From the NCBI RefSeq assembly GCF_009834535.1, contig NC_045697.1:54686001-54750000 (forward strand): 64,000 nucleotides of DNA, read 5' to 3'. The notes beneath the pieces are model-generated. The model had not been told where the DNA came from and ran no database searches. It saw only the letters and a program-made list of their open reading frames with translations. The stretch's first letter is position 1; each line of letters opens with the position of its first letter. Shown here piece by piece: positions 11,784 through 23,762 of this stretch. Source of the DNA: Camelus ferus (lineage: Eukaryota). Made by a program: the position numbers and the translations under genes.

Positions 11784-12569
11784 CACTTGCCGCAGCCCTA
11801 AGCCTCTAAACAGTTCTCCTGCCAGTGACGTTCTAATGAAATTGTCAAATGTGTTTGCTTATGGCTGAATAGGATTCAAACAGGACTCCCTGCTGCATCT
11901 CATAAAGTCTTGTTTGGAAGATTGTACCTAATTATTGACCCATGGGAAGGCTTGAGATCACTTAGAAGTTTCAGGGATTTCACCAGTTACACAGAAGTCA
12001 GATAGGGCATGACAAACTGAGGCTGTATTACAGATGGCCTTTATAGTCTGCCCCTGTATACGCCCCAGTTGCGCAGAACGGCCACATGGAGTGGGAAACT
12101 TAGCTTGCAAATTTTTAAATTTCAGCTGGATAAAGAAACAGTTATCAGTCTTGGTGGCTGTCATGCTGCTTTTACTTCTCTGCCTTTGCCTCCAAGGAGG
12201 GCCAGACTCTCCTGAGGGGATCTGATGGTTTGGTCCTATTTTATCTTTCAAAACTTCTCCTTTCCATTAATTTTCATTTCAATAGATTCATGAGAAATTA
12301 TGGCAGCCCTAATAACATGAGCATTAAAAAAAAATCCCATAACATCAAGGTTGCATATTTCCTACTGATTAGTGGTTTTTCTTGATTAAATTATGCATTT
12401 TTAATACAAGTCCTTCATTTCTCAACAGTAACACATGGCAGAGTTATCCCTTGGTAGAGACCAAATGCATTTATGGGTCCCTGTCCGGGCATATATGAAA
12501 CTGCTTTGAACTTCAGGCTTCGTGTATGAAAGAGATCCAAAATGCTTAATGAATGCTTCTGTTACAACC

Positions 12570-12725
12570 TCTCATGTGAGATCTCAGAGGGGAAAGTAAT
12601 CTTCTCATTGTTACGTTAGTGAAGGGAGATGAGACCTTGAAGGTGGGTGGCTTGCCCAAGGTCACTAAGGGACTCACCATCATACTAGCCAAGTAGCCTG
12701 GAGATCCAAATCCCAGACTAGAGTT
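12570..12725 (-). mobile_element. MIR fragment
   Basis: gtggcttgcccaaggtcac...gagatccaaatcccagac. Confidence 0.6.
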
Positions 12726-13339
12726 ATCTCCAAATAGATCCTATTTCCAGCTGGTTTAGCAACTATGTGGGTTGTCACTGTGGTGCACTTTTATTATTTG
12801 TTAGCATGAAACACCCAAACATATCGATCATTTTATATTGGTTTCTAGAGTACAGTCAGTATCTTCTTTATGTTTCATGAGATGCTCAGGGAAATTGGCC
12901 AGATTTTTTAACAGTTTACGGATAGGCAGACAGTGAATGGTACCTGAGGGCTTTCTTTCCTCTGGTTCTTCTGTTCTGAATTTCAGAATGCTACATGTTC
13001 AGAGTAAGTGCTGCACAAAGGATGGGATTTTCAGAGTAATTTAGGGCAAGTTGTCATATGTCCTTTTTCTACTAGCAGAGATTTTCTCCTCCTAACTGGA
13101 GATCCAGACTTTTAACTTACTAATCTTAGGCTCTGTGCCCGAGGACAAGAGTTTGTCAGGGAATCTCTACATGCAGTGATTCTGGAAGAGGGCTGGGCCC
13201 AAGGAAGCCTTATTTGTCGTGCTGTGGTCTGGAATTACCTAATATTTGGTATCCTAAGGTTTAGTAGGAAGGAGGTAAATTAGGCTAACGTGGGAGACAG
13301 CACCCACTGACTCCAAATTTTTGGGACAGCCTTTAATTT

Positions 13340-14380
13340 GTCTCCCTGTATCCAACCTTGGCCCCACTGGTCTAAATTCTACTTCATAACCAATGTGATC
13401 TTTCTAAAATACGAGTCTTATTAAGCGATCCTCCTGATTCAATTTTCCTGCAGCTGTATTCTCTCTTAGGTTAATGCCAGGTTATGCTGTGTTAGCAAAT
13501 TAACTGAAAATCTCAGTGGCTTTACAGAATAAAGGTTTAAGTCATATTCATTCTGCATGTTCCCTGTGGTTCAGGAGTTTGGGGTAGATGCTCTGCCTTA
13601 CAGTTGCTCAAGGATCCAGGCTGGCAGAGGCTCTGTCACGTAGATATCACTGGTTGCTACAGCCAGAGCAAAGAGCACGTGAAGATGCCACACTGTTTCT
13701 ATGCTTCGGAACAGAAATGATATATATCACCCTGTCATAGCCCATTGGTCAGGACTAGTCATATGGACACCCACTCCATCCCCTTTAACTCTAAGGTATG
13801 AGAAGTATGTTCTTTCATGTGCTCAGGGGAAAGGAGAACGAATATTGGTGAATACTGGTTAGGTTTACCACATTCTCCATTGCCCTTATCATAGAGGCTG
13901 TTCATAATTTGCTTTAGCAATAACTACTCTCTGCCCTCCCCACCCCTGCCCCCTGCCATCCCCACTTCTCATTTAAATCCATGCTGAACTTCTCACAGTT
14001 CCTGGAATGTGCTATGCTCTCTCACCCTGGTGTCTACATGTATTGTTTCCTTTGCCTAAAACACCTTTGCCAACTCTCTTGCACTCTTTATAATTCAGTT
14101 CTAGAACTGCTTCCTCTGGGTGTAAAGATTTTCCTGACTACCCCTCCTCCAGCTTGGGTTATTTAGCTATTCTCTTGATCTCCTATCACCTGGTGCTTAA
14201 CATCTGTGTAGTGTTTATAATTTGGCCCTCTGTTAGTCCGTTGACTCACTTAGTCTTCCTCCTAGACTGTCGAGAGTTGTCTTGGGAGTGGAGACTGTAC
14301 TTTACTTAAACTTGAATCCTTAGCATCCAACACTTGGCACGTAGTAGGTGGTCAATAAATATCTATCGAGTGCATACATG
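13340..14380 (+). mobile_element. L2 3' end with an old MaLR LTR (MLT1H/J-like, ~13455-13872, minus) nested inside
   Basis: L2 terminus cttggcacgtagtaggtggtcaataaatatc; MLT motifs aaatctcagtggctt and cccattggtcaggactagtcatatgg. Confidence 0.7.
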
Positions 14381-14828
14381 AATCACAGACCTTGTATCTT
14401 TGTTAGTATGTCAAAATGAAGGGTTAGATTTGGAAGCTAGGAAATTAACAAAAAATCTGTACACAAGTATAATAATTAAAATCTTATTTTATGATGTTCA
14501 CATTTACACAATTGATCAGCCTCTTTTTAGAGGAATTTTTATATTTAACTTGGATAAAATTAGTGCTGTGAGAAGGGTTATATTATCTAGATAAGGATTT
14601 CTTTTTTCCCCTAGTAATAATATCTCCTTAAATCAGTTTACAATTTTGACATCTTTTACACCTGTGTTTTTTATTTGTATGCTTGCTTATATGAATGTAA
14701 GAAACTGAAGCCTTTGATCACACGTGAAGCTATGACATACCATCATCTGCCATTTTTCTTGAAATTCTCTAGGAAAGTTCATGCTGCTAATTATTCTGAC
14801 TCTTGGTGTGAGTCTTACATTTTGCCTC

Positions 14829-15237
14829 TGTCATGGGTTGAACTGTGTTTGCTAATCCTTGGCAGGTATGAATGTGGCCTTATTTGAAAACAGGACCTTT
14901 GCAGATGTAATTGATTTAAGATGAGGTCACACTGATTAGGGTTGGCCCTTGTAAGAGGAGAAGAATTGCTGGCTCACAAGGAGGATGCCATGTGGTGACA
15001 GAAGCAGGAGTCAGAGTGATGAAGCTCTGAGCTGGCAGATGTCAAGGATTGGTGGCCACCACCTAAAGGCAACAAAAGGCAAAGACTGATTCTACTCAGT
15101 GTCTCAGTGGTTAGCATGACACCACCGGCATCCAGATTTTGGACTTCCAGACTGCAGAACTGTGAGAAAATATGTTTCTGTTGTTTAAGGCATCCATTTT
15201 GTGGTACTTTGTGGTGGCAGCCCTAGGAAACAGATAT
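14829..15237 (+). mobile_element. MaLR LTR (MLT1B/C-like)
   Basis: tgtcatgggttgaactgtgt start; ttggacttccagactgcagaactgtgagaaaatatgtttctgttgtttaag...ggcagccctaggaaacagatata end. Confidence 0.85.
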
Positions 15238-15596
15238 AGCCTCTTTCTAATTTTTTTCTGTAACACACAGAATATGTAGTACCACTCAAATTCAGGCTTG
15301 CAAGCTAGCATACAAAATCAAAGCAACTTTATGAGCCAGTCAAGGGTTGACTGTACTCCTTTTTTTTCCAAAAGAGGCTGTTGTAAGCAGGCTGGGAAAG
15401 AGATGTTTGAGAACAGGAGAAACAATTAAGAAACAGTGACCCCTTAACTTGTAAGGCACCCTCAGATCTGAGACAGCTGTTCTTATCAGGGTAGCCCGGG
15501 ATCAGCTGGCACTGTGGAGAAAGCAGGAGTTATCCTGCTGGACTGAAGAGAACTTCTGGATGCCCAGGAGAACCGAGTGGTCGAAATTTTGCTAGT

Positions 15597-16076
15597 TGTA
15601 GTCAATTGACACTGAAGTCTCATGCTTACTCTTATGTGCCTTCCTGTATTACACACGTTAGCAAGTTAAAAATACATTTTCAACACGCTGTTGCAGCTGG
15701 GGTTCCAGAAGAAAATTATGTTCTGACAGGAGCATATACTCAAGAGAGATTTGGAAGGTGGAAGTGAGGCAGAGGTAATCCTGGTACCATTTCAGCTGGC
15801 AAGCGAGATCATGGAGGTGTGAGTGTTGGAAGGCAGCTGTAGTTCCTTGTTCAGTGTTTCAGAGTCTTGTCACGAGCTTTCTTTGTAGTGTCAGGAGAGA
15901 GTTGTGTAGGTGGCAATTTCTTGATTCCTGGATGGAGTTTCAGCACTGCATTCCTAACTTCAAAATTTCCAGTGGTATCACTCTGACTCCTGATACTCCA
16001 GCTTTTATTAGTGCTTTGTAAACATCGATTCCCTGTGTTAAGTTCCAATACTGTTTCTTGGACTAAATTCTGACTG
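15597..16076 (+). mobile_element. 5' LTR of ancient ERVL provirus (LTR33/LTR16-like)
   Basis: Colinear motifs shared with 23763-24275; directly followed by gag-like sequence. Confidence 0.7.
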
Positions 16077-16437
16077 ATGGGAATTTGGATTGGTTATTTG
16101 ACTTGGTTTGATTTAAAAGTACTGATATTTCTGGTATTATCAGATAATTAGACCTTGAAAGTTGGTGGCATTCAGTGGCAAGAGTTCCTTGATTTATCAC
16201 CTTGGGTCCCCAGGGATAGTGCCTATGCAACGCAGTCTTTGGAAGACTGAGGGGCTTCCACCAGAGACTCCTATGATAGGAACAAGAAATGCAGAGACTG
16301 TGGGGTCATATGGTTGTGATTGGGAATTTTCTGTGGCTCCTCTAAGAAAATTTCTTAAAGTGAAGGCTGATATAACTGCAATCTGATCTTATGAATTGCT
16401 AAATTATAAAAAATTTGAATTTACAGCTTTACTAAGT

Positions 16438-16671
16438 CTTTTTCCTTAGTTTTTCTTCCTTTCTTTCGGAAGGGAGAGGGAGGATTCTCCTTTGCTTTCA
16501 TGCGGCCCCTTCCTTCCTGACTTAATCCTTCCCCTTTCCCTTTCTCTCTTTCTCTCTCTCTCTTAGCTCTAGCTCTTCCTTCTTCCTTCCTTCCTTTTCT
16601 TCCTTCCTTTGTTGTACATTCATTCATTCCTTTCTCTTTTCTTTCTTTCTTTCTTTCTTTCTTTTCTTTCT

Positions 16672-16704
<33 letters not shown>

Positions 16705-16793
16705 TTTCTTTCTTTCTTTCTTTCTTCCTTCTCTCTTTCTTTTCTTTCTTTCTTTCTTCTCTCTCTCTCTCTCCTTCTTTCCTTCCTTCCTTT
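16438..16793. repeat. Long polypyrimidine / (TTTC)n low-complexity tract
   Basis: Directly visible. Confidence 0.95.
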
Positions 16794-17170
16794 CAGGCAA
16801 TGATTGCAAAAGACCAGGACACTAAGATTGGAATGGGGGACATTTGAGTGGACTTGAATGAATGTGAGTAGTCTGAGCATCCAGGCTCCTCTGTGCCTCA
16901 CTTGCCATCAGGTCCAGCCTCTCCTTCCTGCCTCTGAGGCTGGTCTTGTTTTCAATGGACAACTTGTAATGATCTCTCCTGAGGCGATTACCTTAAAAGG
17001 CCATGTCAATGCTCCTCATACAGCATCCCTGCCATTCCTCATCACCTTGACATAAGTCAATCTCAGTATAGTTCAGGGGCATTACAACATCTGATCCAGA
17101 GGAAAAGGCTTACACATGAAAAGAATTGCTATCAACAAAAGCCTGGGAAACATGTGTGAGTTCCAAGCCC

Positions 17171-17235
17171 AACAACATGGGCTTGAACTGTGCAGGTCCA
17201 CTTACATGTGAACTGTTTTCAATAGTAAAACTAAG
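17171..17235 (+). mobile_element. Tigger2-like (TcMar) terminal fragment, copy 1
   Basis: aacaacatgggcttgaactgtgcaggtccacttacatgtg...ttcaatagtaaa. Confidence 0.7.
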
Positions 17236-17727
17236 TGCACTAGACAAGAGAGGAGAAAATATATCTTTATACTGGGCTAAATTTAAGGATATGGGAGACT
17301 TAGAGTCTGAACTCAGTGTGCCAGCTCAAGGACATAGAAATTGTTCTAACACTCTGAATGGCCATCATCTGCTGCTTGAGCATTCAGGTTTAGAGGATCA
17401 CTAGCTTCTCCATTGATGTGATCAAGGCGTTGGGGTCCAAGTCTCACAGTGGCAGCATTATGATAAGCCAATAGTTGTAAGTGTCAACTTAGTATTTTAC
17501 CGGAATCAATAGCTTTCTGGGCTTGGCCATGGACATTTTCTGTGAAACTTACAGGAGGTCATTCTGCTGTACAGCATTAATCTCGAACCAGTTAACCCTT
17601 ATCTTTTACTTGGTTGATTGACTAAACCCTGACCTCAGTGCTGGTGAACACCAAATAAAGTTGACTTGCCAAGTATTCTGTGGAGGAAGGAATGTGAAGA
17701 CTTGGGGTGATGAGAATATTGAAATAC

Positions 17728-17812
17728 GGTTGACCTTTGAACAACATGGGCCTGAACTATGCAGGTCCACTTACATGTGGATTTTTTCCAATAGTAAATA
17801 CTAACAGTAAAG
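17728..17812 (+). mobile_element. Tigger2-like (TcMar) terminal fragment, copy 2
   Basis: TA + cggttgacctttgaacaacatggg, resembling the Tigger2 TIR CAGTTGACCCTTGAACAAC. Confidence 0.75.
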
Positions 17813-17819
17813 TAGTAAA

Positions 17820-18970
17820 TGCATTGGTTTGCCAGAGCTATGATAACAATACCTCAAGCTGGGTGGCTTAAACAATAGAAGTTTACTTTCTCGGAGTTCT
17901 GGAGGCTGGAAGTCTAAGTTCAAGGTATCAGCTTGTTGGGTTTCTCCTCAGGCCTCTCTCCTCGGCTTGTAGATGGCTACCTTCTCACTGTGTCCTCACA
18001 TGGCCTTTCCTTTGTTGCATGTGTGTGATGCTGTGATTTATAATAAGAAATATGTATGTGGTCTTCATCCCTAAAATCCTTGGAATTTCCTAAGTGATAA
18101 GAGAGATAAAGTTTTATCTTGATATTCATAAAAAATCCCTGTTAGCCACACCTGAGTTTATGTTAATGTAGTGACTTTTGGAAAGCATCTAAGGATGGGG
18201 GCTGGTTCCAGGGAGAAACAACCATGTTATTGGAGGGTTGGAACTTTTAATCCAACCCCCCTGGCCTCCAGGGAAGGGAGAGAAACTGGAGGTTGAATCA
18301 GTAGTCAGTTGCCAGTTATTTAATCAATCATGCCTATGTAATGAAGTCTCTATAAAAACCCAAAAGGGTGGAGTTTGAGAGCTTCCAGGTTGGTGAATGT
18401 GTGGAGATCTGGGAGAGAGGTGTGCTCAGAGAGCTTGGAAGCTCTGTGACTCTTTCCACTTACCTTGCCTTGTGCATCTTTTCTATCTGGGTGTCCCTGA
18501 ATTATATTCTTTTATAATAAACTGGTAATCTAGTAAGTAAAATATATTTTGGAGTTCTGTGAGCCAATCTAGCAAATTAATTGAACCCTAGAAGGGAGTA
18601 GTTGGAACTTCTGATCTGTACAGCTGGTTAGTCAGAAGCACAGGTGACAACTGGACTTGTGAATGGTGTTTGAAGTGTGTGTGTGTGTGTGTGCGTGCAC
18701 GTGCGTGTGTGCGTGCAGCAGTGGGAGAGGGGATCTTGGAGGACCAAGCACTTAACCTGTGGAATCTGATGCTACCTCTGGGTTGATAGTGTCATAATTG
18801 AGTTGAATTGTAGGACACCCAGTCAGATTTGTTTAGGGCCCAACTTAGTGGCTTCATTTTAACTTAATAACCTCTTAAAGGCCCTATCTCTAAATACAGT
18901 CACATTCTGTGGTACTAGGGGTCAGGGCTTCAACAGAAATGTTTTGGGGAGGGGGCCACAATTCAGCCAG
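17820..18970 (-). mobile_element. MaLR LTR (MLT1A/B-like) split by a MER21-type LTR
   Basis: gctgggtggcttaaacaatagaagtttact...ttctggaggctggaagtc; resumes at ~18825 with ggccctatctctaaatacagtcacattctg...ccacaattcagcc. Confidence 0.8.
18024..18822 (+). mobile_element. MER21-type LTR (near complete)
   Basis: tgtgatgctgtgatttataataagaaatat start, ctataaaaacccaaaag TATA, aataaa, gagttctgtgagccaatctagcaaattaattgaaccc, ending gaattgtaggacacccag. Confidence 0.8.
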
Positions 18971-19941
18971 TTCATTAGGAAGCAGAGTGGGGATGATTAT
19001 CAGAATCTTTTGACTGCTAGGATCTTTGTGGTAACTAACTGATCATGATTTCCACATTAAATCAAATGGGCAAGCTATTGGAATCCTCTTTATCTTTATA
19101 ACTAAAACAACTAGAATAAAACTGTCTGCAGTTGACAATATAGAGTCAAGGACCCCTATTCAAATCCTAGACGGGGGAGAGTCCTCGCACTCACAGCTTC
19201 TTGACTTATGATTCCTTTTGAAAAAGTACCTGCAATGCTTTTGTAAGTGTGTTCAATAAATCTTTTTCCTGACCTTTCCCAAGTGATTTGCCATTTGCCT
19301 GATGCTTGAACAGTGGAAAAAAAAAAGAAAAAAAGCTAGTTGTTTTAAGGATTATTGATTAGTGAATCTAAAATATTGATAATCTCTAGAGATCTAGAAA
19401 ACACTGTGGTCCTCAGGTCAGAATAGGTCTTACTGAGAATCAGGTGGTGAATGGAATAAAGGCTCTTTTGGTATTAAAAGTCAAGTAAAGACTGTGGAAA
19501 CTGCCCTTACTTTTCAAAGTAGTAAACCAAAGGCAGCACTGTATCTGTTGGGGAGAGAATCACAGAGATTGGTGCTCCACTACAGATAGAAGGGAAATGG
19601 ATTGGTTTTAGAAGATAAAAGCTAATTATCTTAATCAAGTGGTAATTCCAATCAGTCTCTCTGCTGGAGCAGATCAACACAGTCCTTGGCAGGTAGCAGT
19701 AATGAAGATGAGTACTTTTTTTTCTCTTTTTCCCAAAACAGGGAGAATCAGAAGCTGTTTGCTCTTAACGTGACAAGAACAGGGTAGTATACACCTCTTA
19801 CTTCAGGGCTAGGTCATCTCTCTTACTCTCTGTCACAATCTACCCCATAGGGCATTTGATCATTTCATCATATGAGACTACCGTATAGATAACACTGAAC
19901 TGATAGAATCTGATAAGCAGAAAGTAGCAGATATCCTAGAT

Positions 19942-20212
19942 CAGTGTTTCTTAAACAATCAAGGATGATGGACCAATTTTTAGAAATTATTTCCAATCCA
20001 TCTAGATGAATACTTTTATAACATACAATAAAAATAAATTACTAGTAAAATTAAATTAAAAAGGCATGAAATATAAATCCGATTTTTTAGATTGAATCAA
20101 ATTTCTATAAACATTTCTAAGTACCCACTTTCAATTTCTACACTCACTGTGGACAGTAACAAAGAGTTTACAGACCAGCACAGGTATGTGGACCACACTT
20201 TGATTAGTCTTA
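19942..20212. mobile_element. hAT-Charlie non-autonomous DNA transposon inserted in ERVL RT
   Basis: cagtgtttcttaaac start, gtggaccacactttgattag end; ERVL RT homology resumes on both sides. Confidence 0.7.
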
Positions 20213-20377
20213 CTCTACATGATTTTATAAGACGTATGTTTGCCAGGGGATGGGAGATAAACTCCATGTAAATTAAGGGGTCTGCCACTTCAGTGAAGTG
20301 TTTGGGAATCCAGTGGTATGGGGCATGCGAAGATACTTGACTCAGTCAAAATCAAGTTGATACACTTTGTGATTCCT

Positions 20378-20379
<2 letters not shown>

Positions 20380-20427
<48 letters not shown>
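20380..20427. repeat. (AC)n microsatellite
   Basis: Directly visible. Confidence 0.95.
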
Positions 20428-20429
<2 letters not shown>

Positions 20430-20706
20430 GCTTGATACGTTTTGTTTTAGATTTTTGGAGGAAAGGCATATCATATTTTGGTCCTCTGCTATGACTCAGT
20501 AATCCCTTTAGATTGCCAATTTTGAATGTGGTCCAAAACAAGAAATGATTCTTCAGCTGTTCCAGGCTATAATGCAGTCAGCTCTCCCAGAATCTCTTTT
20601 ACTTAACCTTGTGACTTATGAACCTAAGGGTCCTAAATTGCAGAAGAGGATTCTGTGTAGAGAATTTATGGGAGTCCCCCAGTATTTTGAAGAAAATCAT
20701 GGCCTT

Positions 20707-21089
20707 TGTATCAGCCAGGGTTCTCCTTTTTTCTTCCTGAAACAGAAGCAGTAGGATGGATGGATAGATACAGATGCATAGATACTGCCTGTTGGAGCTG
20801 GCAAGTCTGAAATTTGTAGGAAGACTGAGGCTGACTCTCAGAAGCTGAGGCTGCCATCCTGAGGCAGACTTTCTTTTTTCCTCATGGAAACCTCCGTTCT
20901 GCTCTAAAGGGGTTTCAACTGCTTAGATGATTCCCACCTACATTATCAAAAATAATCTCCTTTTTAAAGTGGACTGATTGTAGAGGTTAATTTAACCACA
21001 ACTACAAAGTGCTTCCACAGCAAAGCCTAGTGTTTGACTGAATAACTGGACATTGTTGCCTAGTCAAGTTACCCAAACTAATTATCACA
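20707..21089 (-). mobile_element. MLT2-type ERVL LTR
   Basis: tgtatcagccagggttctcc...gctggcaagtctgaaatttgtagg...gcctagtcaagtt...aattatcaca. Confidence 0.8.
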
Positions 21090-21425
21090 TCCCCCCTCCC
21101 CTACCTTTTTTCTCAAATAACGCTTTTCCTTCCGCAAAACTACTGGGCTTTTATGGAGACTGAATGCCAGATCATGGAAGACGATCACCCTGTGATCTGA
21201 GATTCCTATTTTGAAATAGACTGTATCTGACCGAAGCCAAAATGCCTGGGCATTTTACACCTAGGAAATGTCTAGGAAGCCATGAGCTCTGATGATTTAG
21301 AGGTCTTAGTATGGATTCACGCTTCCACTGGGGAATACACACACACAAAATGGGTCCATTTAACATTGAAGATTGAGATGGTCTCCTGGCCATTTTGTAC
21401 TCTAATCATGCCACTGAACCAACAG

Positions 21426-21459
<34 letters not shown>

Positions 21460-21888
21460 TTGCTGTATTAACTAGGTGACTACGCTGACCAGCATGGGTT
21501 TTGCTATGCTGTGAGGGCAAGGAGAAACATGTGTGGAAGCCAGGGCATCTTCCGCAGTGTCTCCAGTGCTCTGCACCCAAGTAGAAAAGTTAATGAAAGA
21601 TTGTTGCAACCCCAAACTGGCAGGACTATTCATGGTTAAGTCACCTTGAGATTGAAGGTTTGCCTGTCCTCACCAGGTATAAAACACATTCTAAGATCTG
21701 GTTGAGTGCAGAGGAAAAATGGAATGTGTAGTTGAGGAAGGAAATCATAAGGCTCAGTTCTACCTTCTAACCAGTTTCACAAAACAAAACTCTAGTTATA
21801 TATATTCATTATTACATTAACAAGCATCCTTTCCTATCCCTTTCCTTTACTACTCTACATACAGTGCATTGATGAAAGTTAAATTTAT

Positions 21889-23279
21889 TTTTAGTGTTTT
21901 TTGGCAGATAACATTAAAATATATTTTTTTCTTCCAATTTTATTGAGATATAATTGACATATAGCACTGTATTAGTTTATGGTGTACAACACAATGATTT
22001 GATTTACACACATCATGAAATGATTACCACAGTAAGTTTCATGAACATCCATCATCTCATAGAGATATAACATTAAAGAAATAGAAAAAACATTTTTTTC
22101 TTGTAATGAAAACTCTTAGGATTTATTCTTTTAATGAATTTCATTTATAACATGCAGCAGTATTAATTATCTTTATCATGTTGTACGTTAAATCCCTAGT
22201 ACTTAGTTATCTTATAACTCAAGCGTTGTACTTTCTGATCACCTTCATCAGATTCCCCCTCCCCCTACCTCTGTTAGCCACAAATCTTATCTCTTTTTCC
22301 ATAAGTTTGTCTGTTTTTGAAGTGTAATTGACCCACAGCACTGTGTTAGTTCCTGGTGCACAACATAGTGACTTGGTATTTTATATATTTTAAAATGATC
22401 ACCATGATAACTCTAGTGTCATCTGTCGCCATATGAAGATATTACATAATTATAAACTATATTCCCCATCCTGTATATTTCTTACCTATGACTCATTTAT
22501 TTTGTAACTGAAAGTTTTTAACTCTTAATATCCCTCACCTGTTCCTTTCCCCTCCCTATTCCCTCCCCTCTTGCAACCACCTGTTTGTTCTCTGTATCTA
22601 TGCCTTTGTTTCTGTTTAGTTATATTTATTCATTTGTTTTATTTTTAAAATTTCACATATAAGTGAAACCATATAGTATTTATCTTTCTCTGTCTGACTT
22701 ATTTCACTTAGCATAATAGGTCCATCCATGTTGTCACAGATGACAGTAGCTCATTCTTTTTTATGGCTGAATAATATTCCATTGTATACATACCACAACT
22801 TCTTTATCCAGTCATTCATCTGTGGACAATTAGGTTGTTTCCAGTATCTAGGCTATTGTAAATAATGCTGCAATAAACATAGGGGTGCTATCTTTTCAAT
22901 TTAGTGTTTTTGTTTTCTTCAGATAAATACCCAGAAGGGAATTGCTGCATCATATGGTAGTTCTATTTTTAATTTTTAAAGGAATATTTATACTGTTTTC
23001 CATAGTGGCTGCACAATTTACATTCCCACCAACTGTACATGAGGGTTCCTTTTCTCCACATCTTTACCAACACTTATTTGTTGTCTTTTTGATAATAGCT
23101 ATTCTGACAGGTGTGAGATAATATCTCATTGTGGTTTTGACTTGCATTTTCCTGATGATTAATGATGTTGAGCATCTTTTCGTGTGCTTATTGGCCATTT
23201 GTATATCTTCTTCAAAAAGAAAAGTCTCTTCGTGTCCTCTGCCCATTTTTAAATTAGGTTGTTGTTTTTTCATGTTGAG
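21889..23279 (-). mobile_element. 5'-truncated L1 (~1.4 kb, ORF2 C-terminus + 3'UTR)
   Basis: ORF 23064-23273 reads [43 protein letters not shown] (L1 ORF2 C-terminus); 19-bp TSD tgatga(a/t)agttaaatttat (21870-21888 / 23280-23298). Confidence 0.92.
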
Positions 23280-23412
23280 TGATGATAGTTAAATTTATCA
23301 TTGAATCCTTAGGTAACAGGATATCAAAGTCAGACTGTGACTGAAATATAACAGGAAGAAACATCATCTAGAGATATAGATCCAATGGCTGAAATCTTTG
23401 GATTTGTCTTTT

Positions 23413-23605
23413 TTTTTTTTTAACATTTTAAAAATTGTGTTATAGTCATTTTACAATGTTGTGTCAAATTCCAGTATAGAGCACAATTTTTCAGTTATAC
23501 ATGAACATAAATATATTCATTGTCACATTGTTTTTTGCTGTGAGCTGCCACAAGATCTTGTATATATTTCCCTGTGCTATAGAGTATAATCTTGTTTATC
23601 TATTC
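23413..23605 (-). mobile_element. Short camelid-type L1 3' end
   Basis: Same family as 2256-2449; TSD tggatttgtctttt / tggattcatctttt. Confidence 0.88.
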
Positions 23606-23762
23606 TGGATTCATCTTTTGAGGAAAGGGTGAACTCTTTAATGTTTCTTTGAGCAATGTTTAAATTGTACTAGGTAGGAAAATGTAGTTTTTACTATTGC
23701 TATTTAGAATTTATTTCATATCAGATGATACATATGGATGTAGAGAAGCCAAAGAGAGGGAT

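Larger units (their letters stand above)
16077..23762 (+). pseudogene. Decayed ERVL internal region (gag-pro-pol-dUTPase), interrupted by many insertions
   Basis: RT relics LLEQINT (~19662), LQG*VISLTLCHNL (~19801), RIDNTELIESDKQKVADILD (~19882, degenerate YIDD segment), ARGWEINSM*IKGSATSVKCLGIQW (~20242); dUTPase relic IMPLNQQAKK..VAVL (~21405-21470); purine tract gagaagccaaagagaggga before the 3' LTR. Confidence 0.85.

Noticed and set aside
16421..16901. K/E/R-rich and F/L/S-rich ORFs
   Set aside because: Translations of the (TTTC)n tract.
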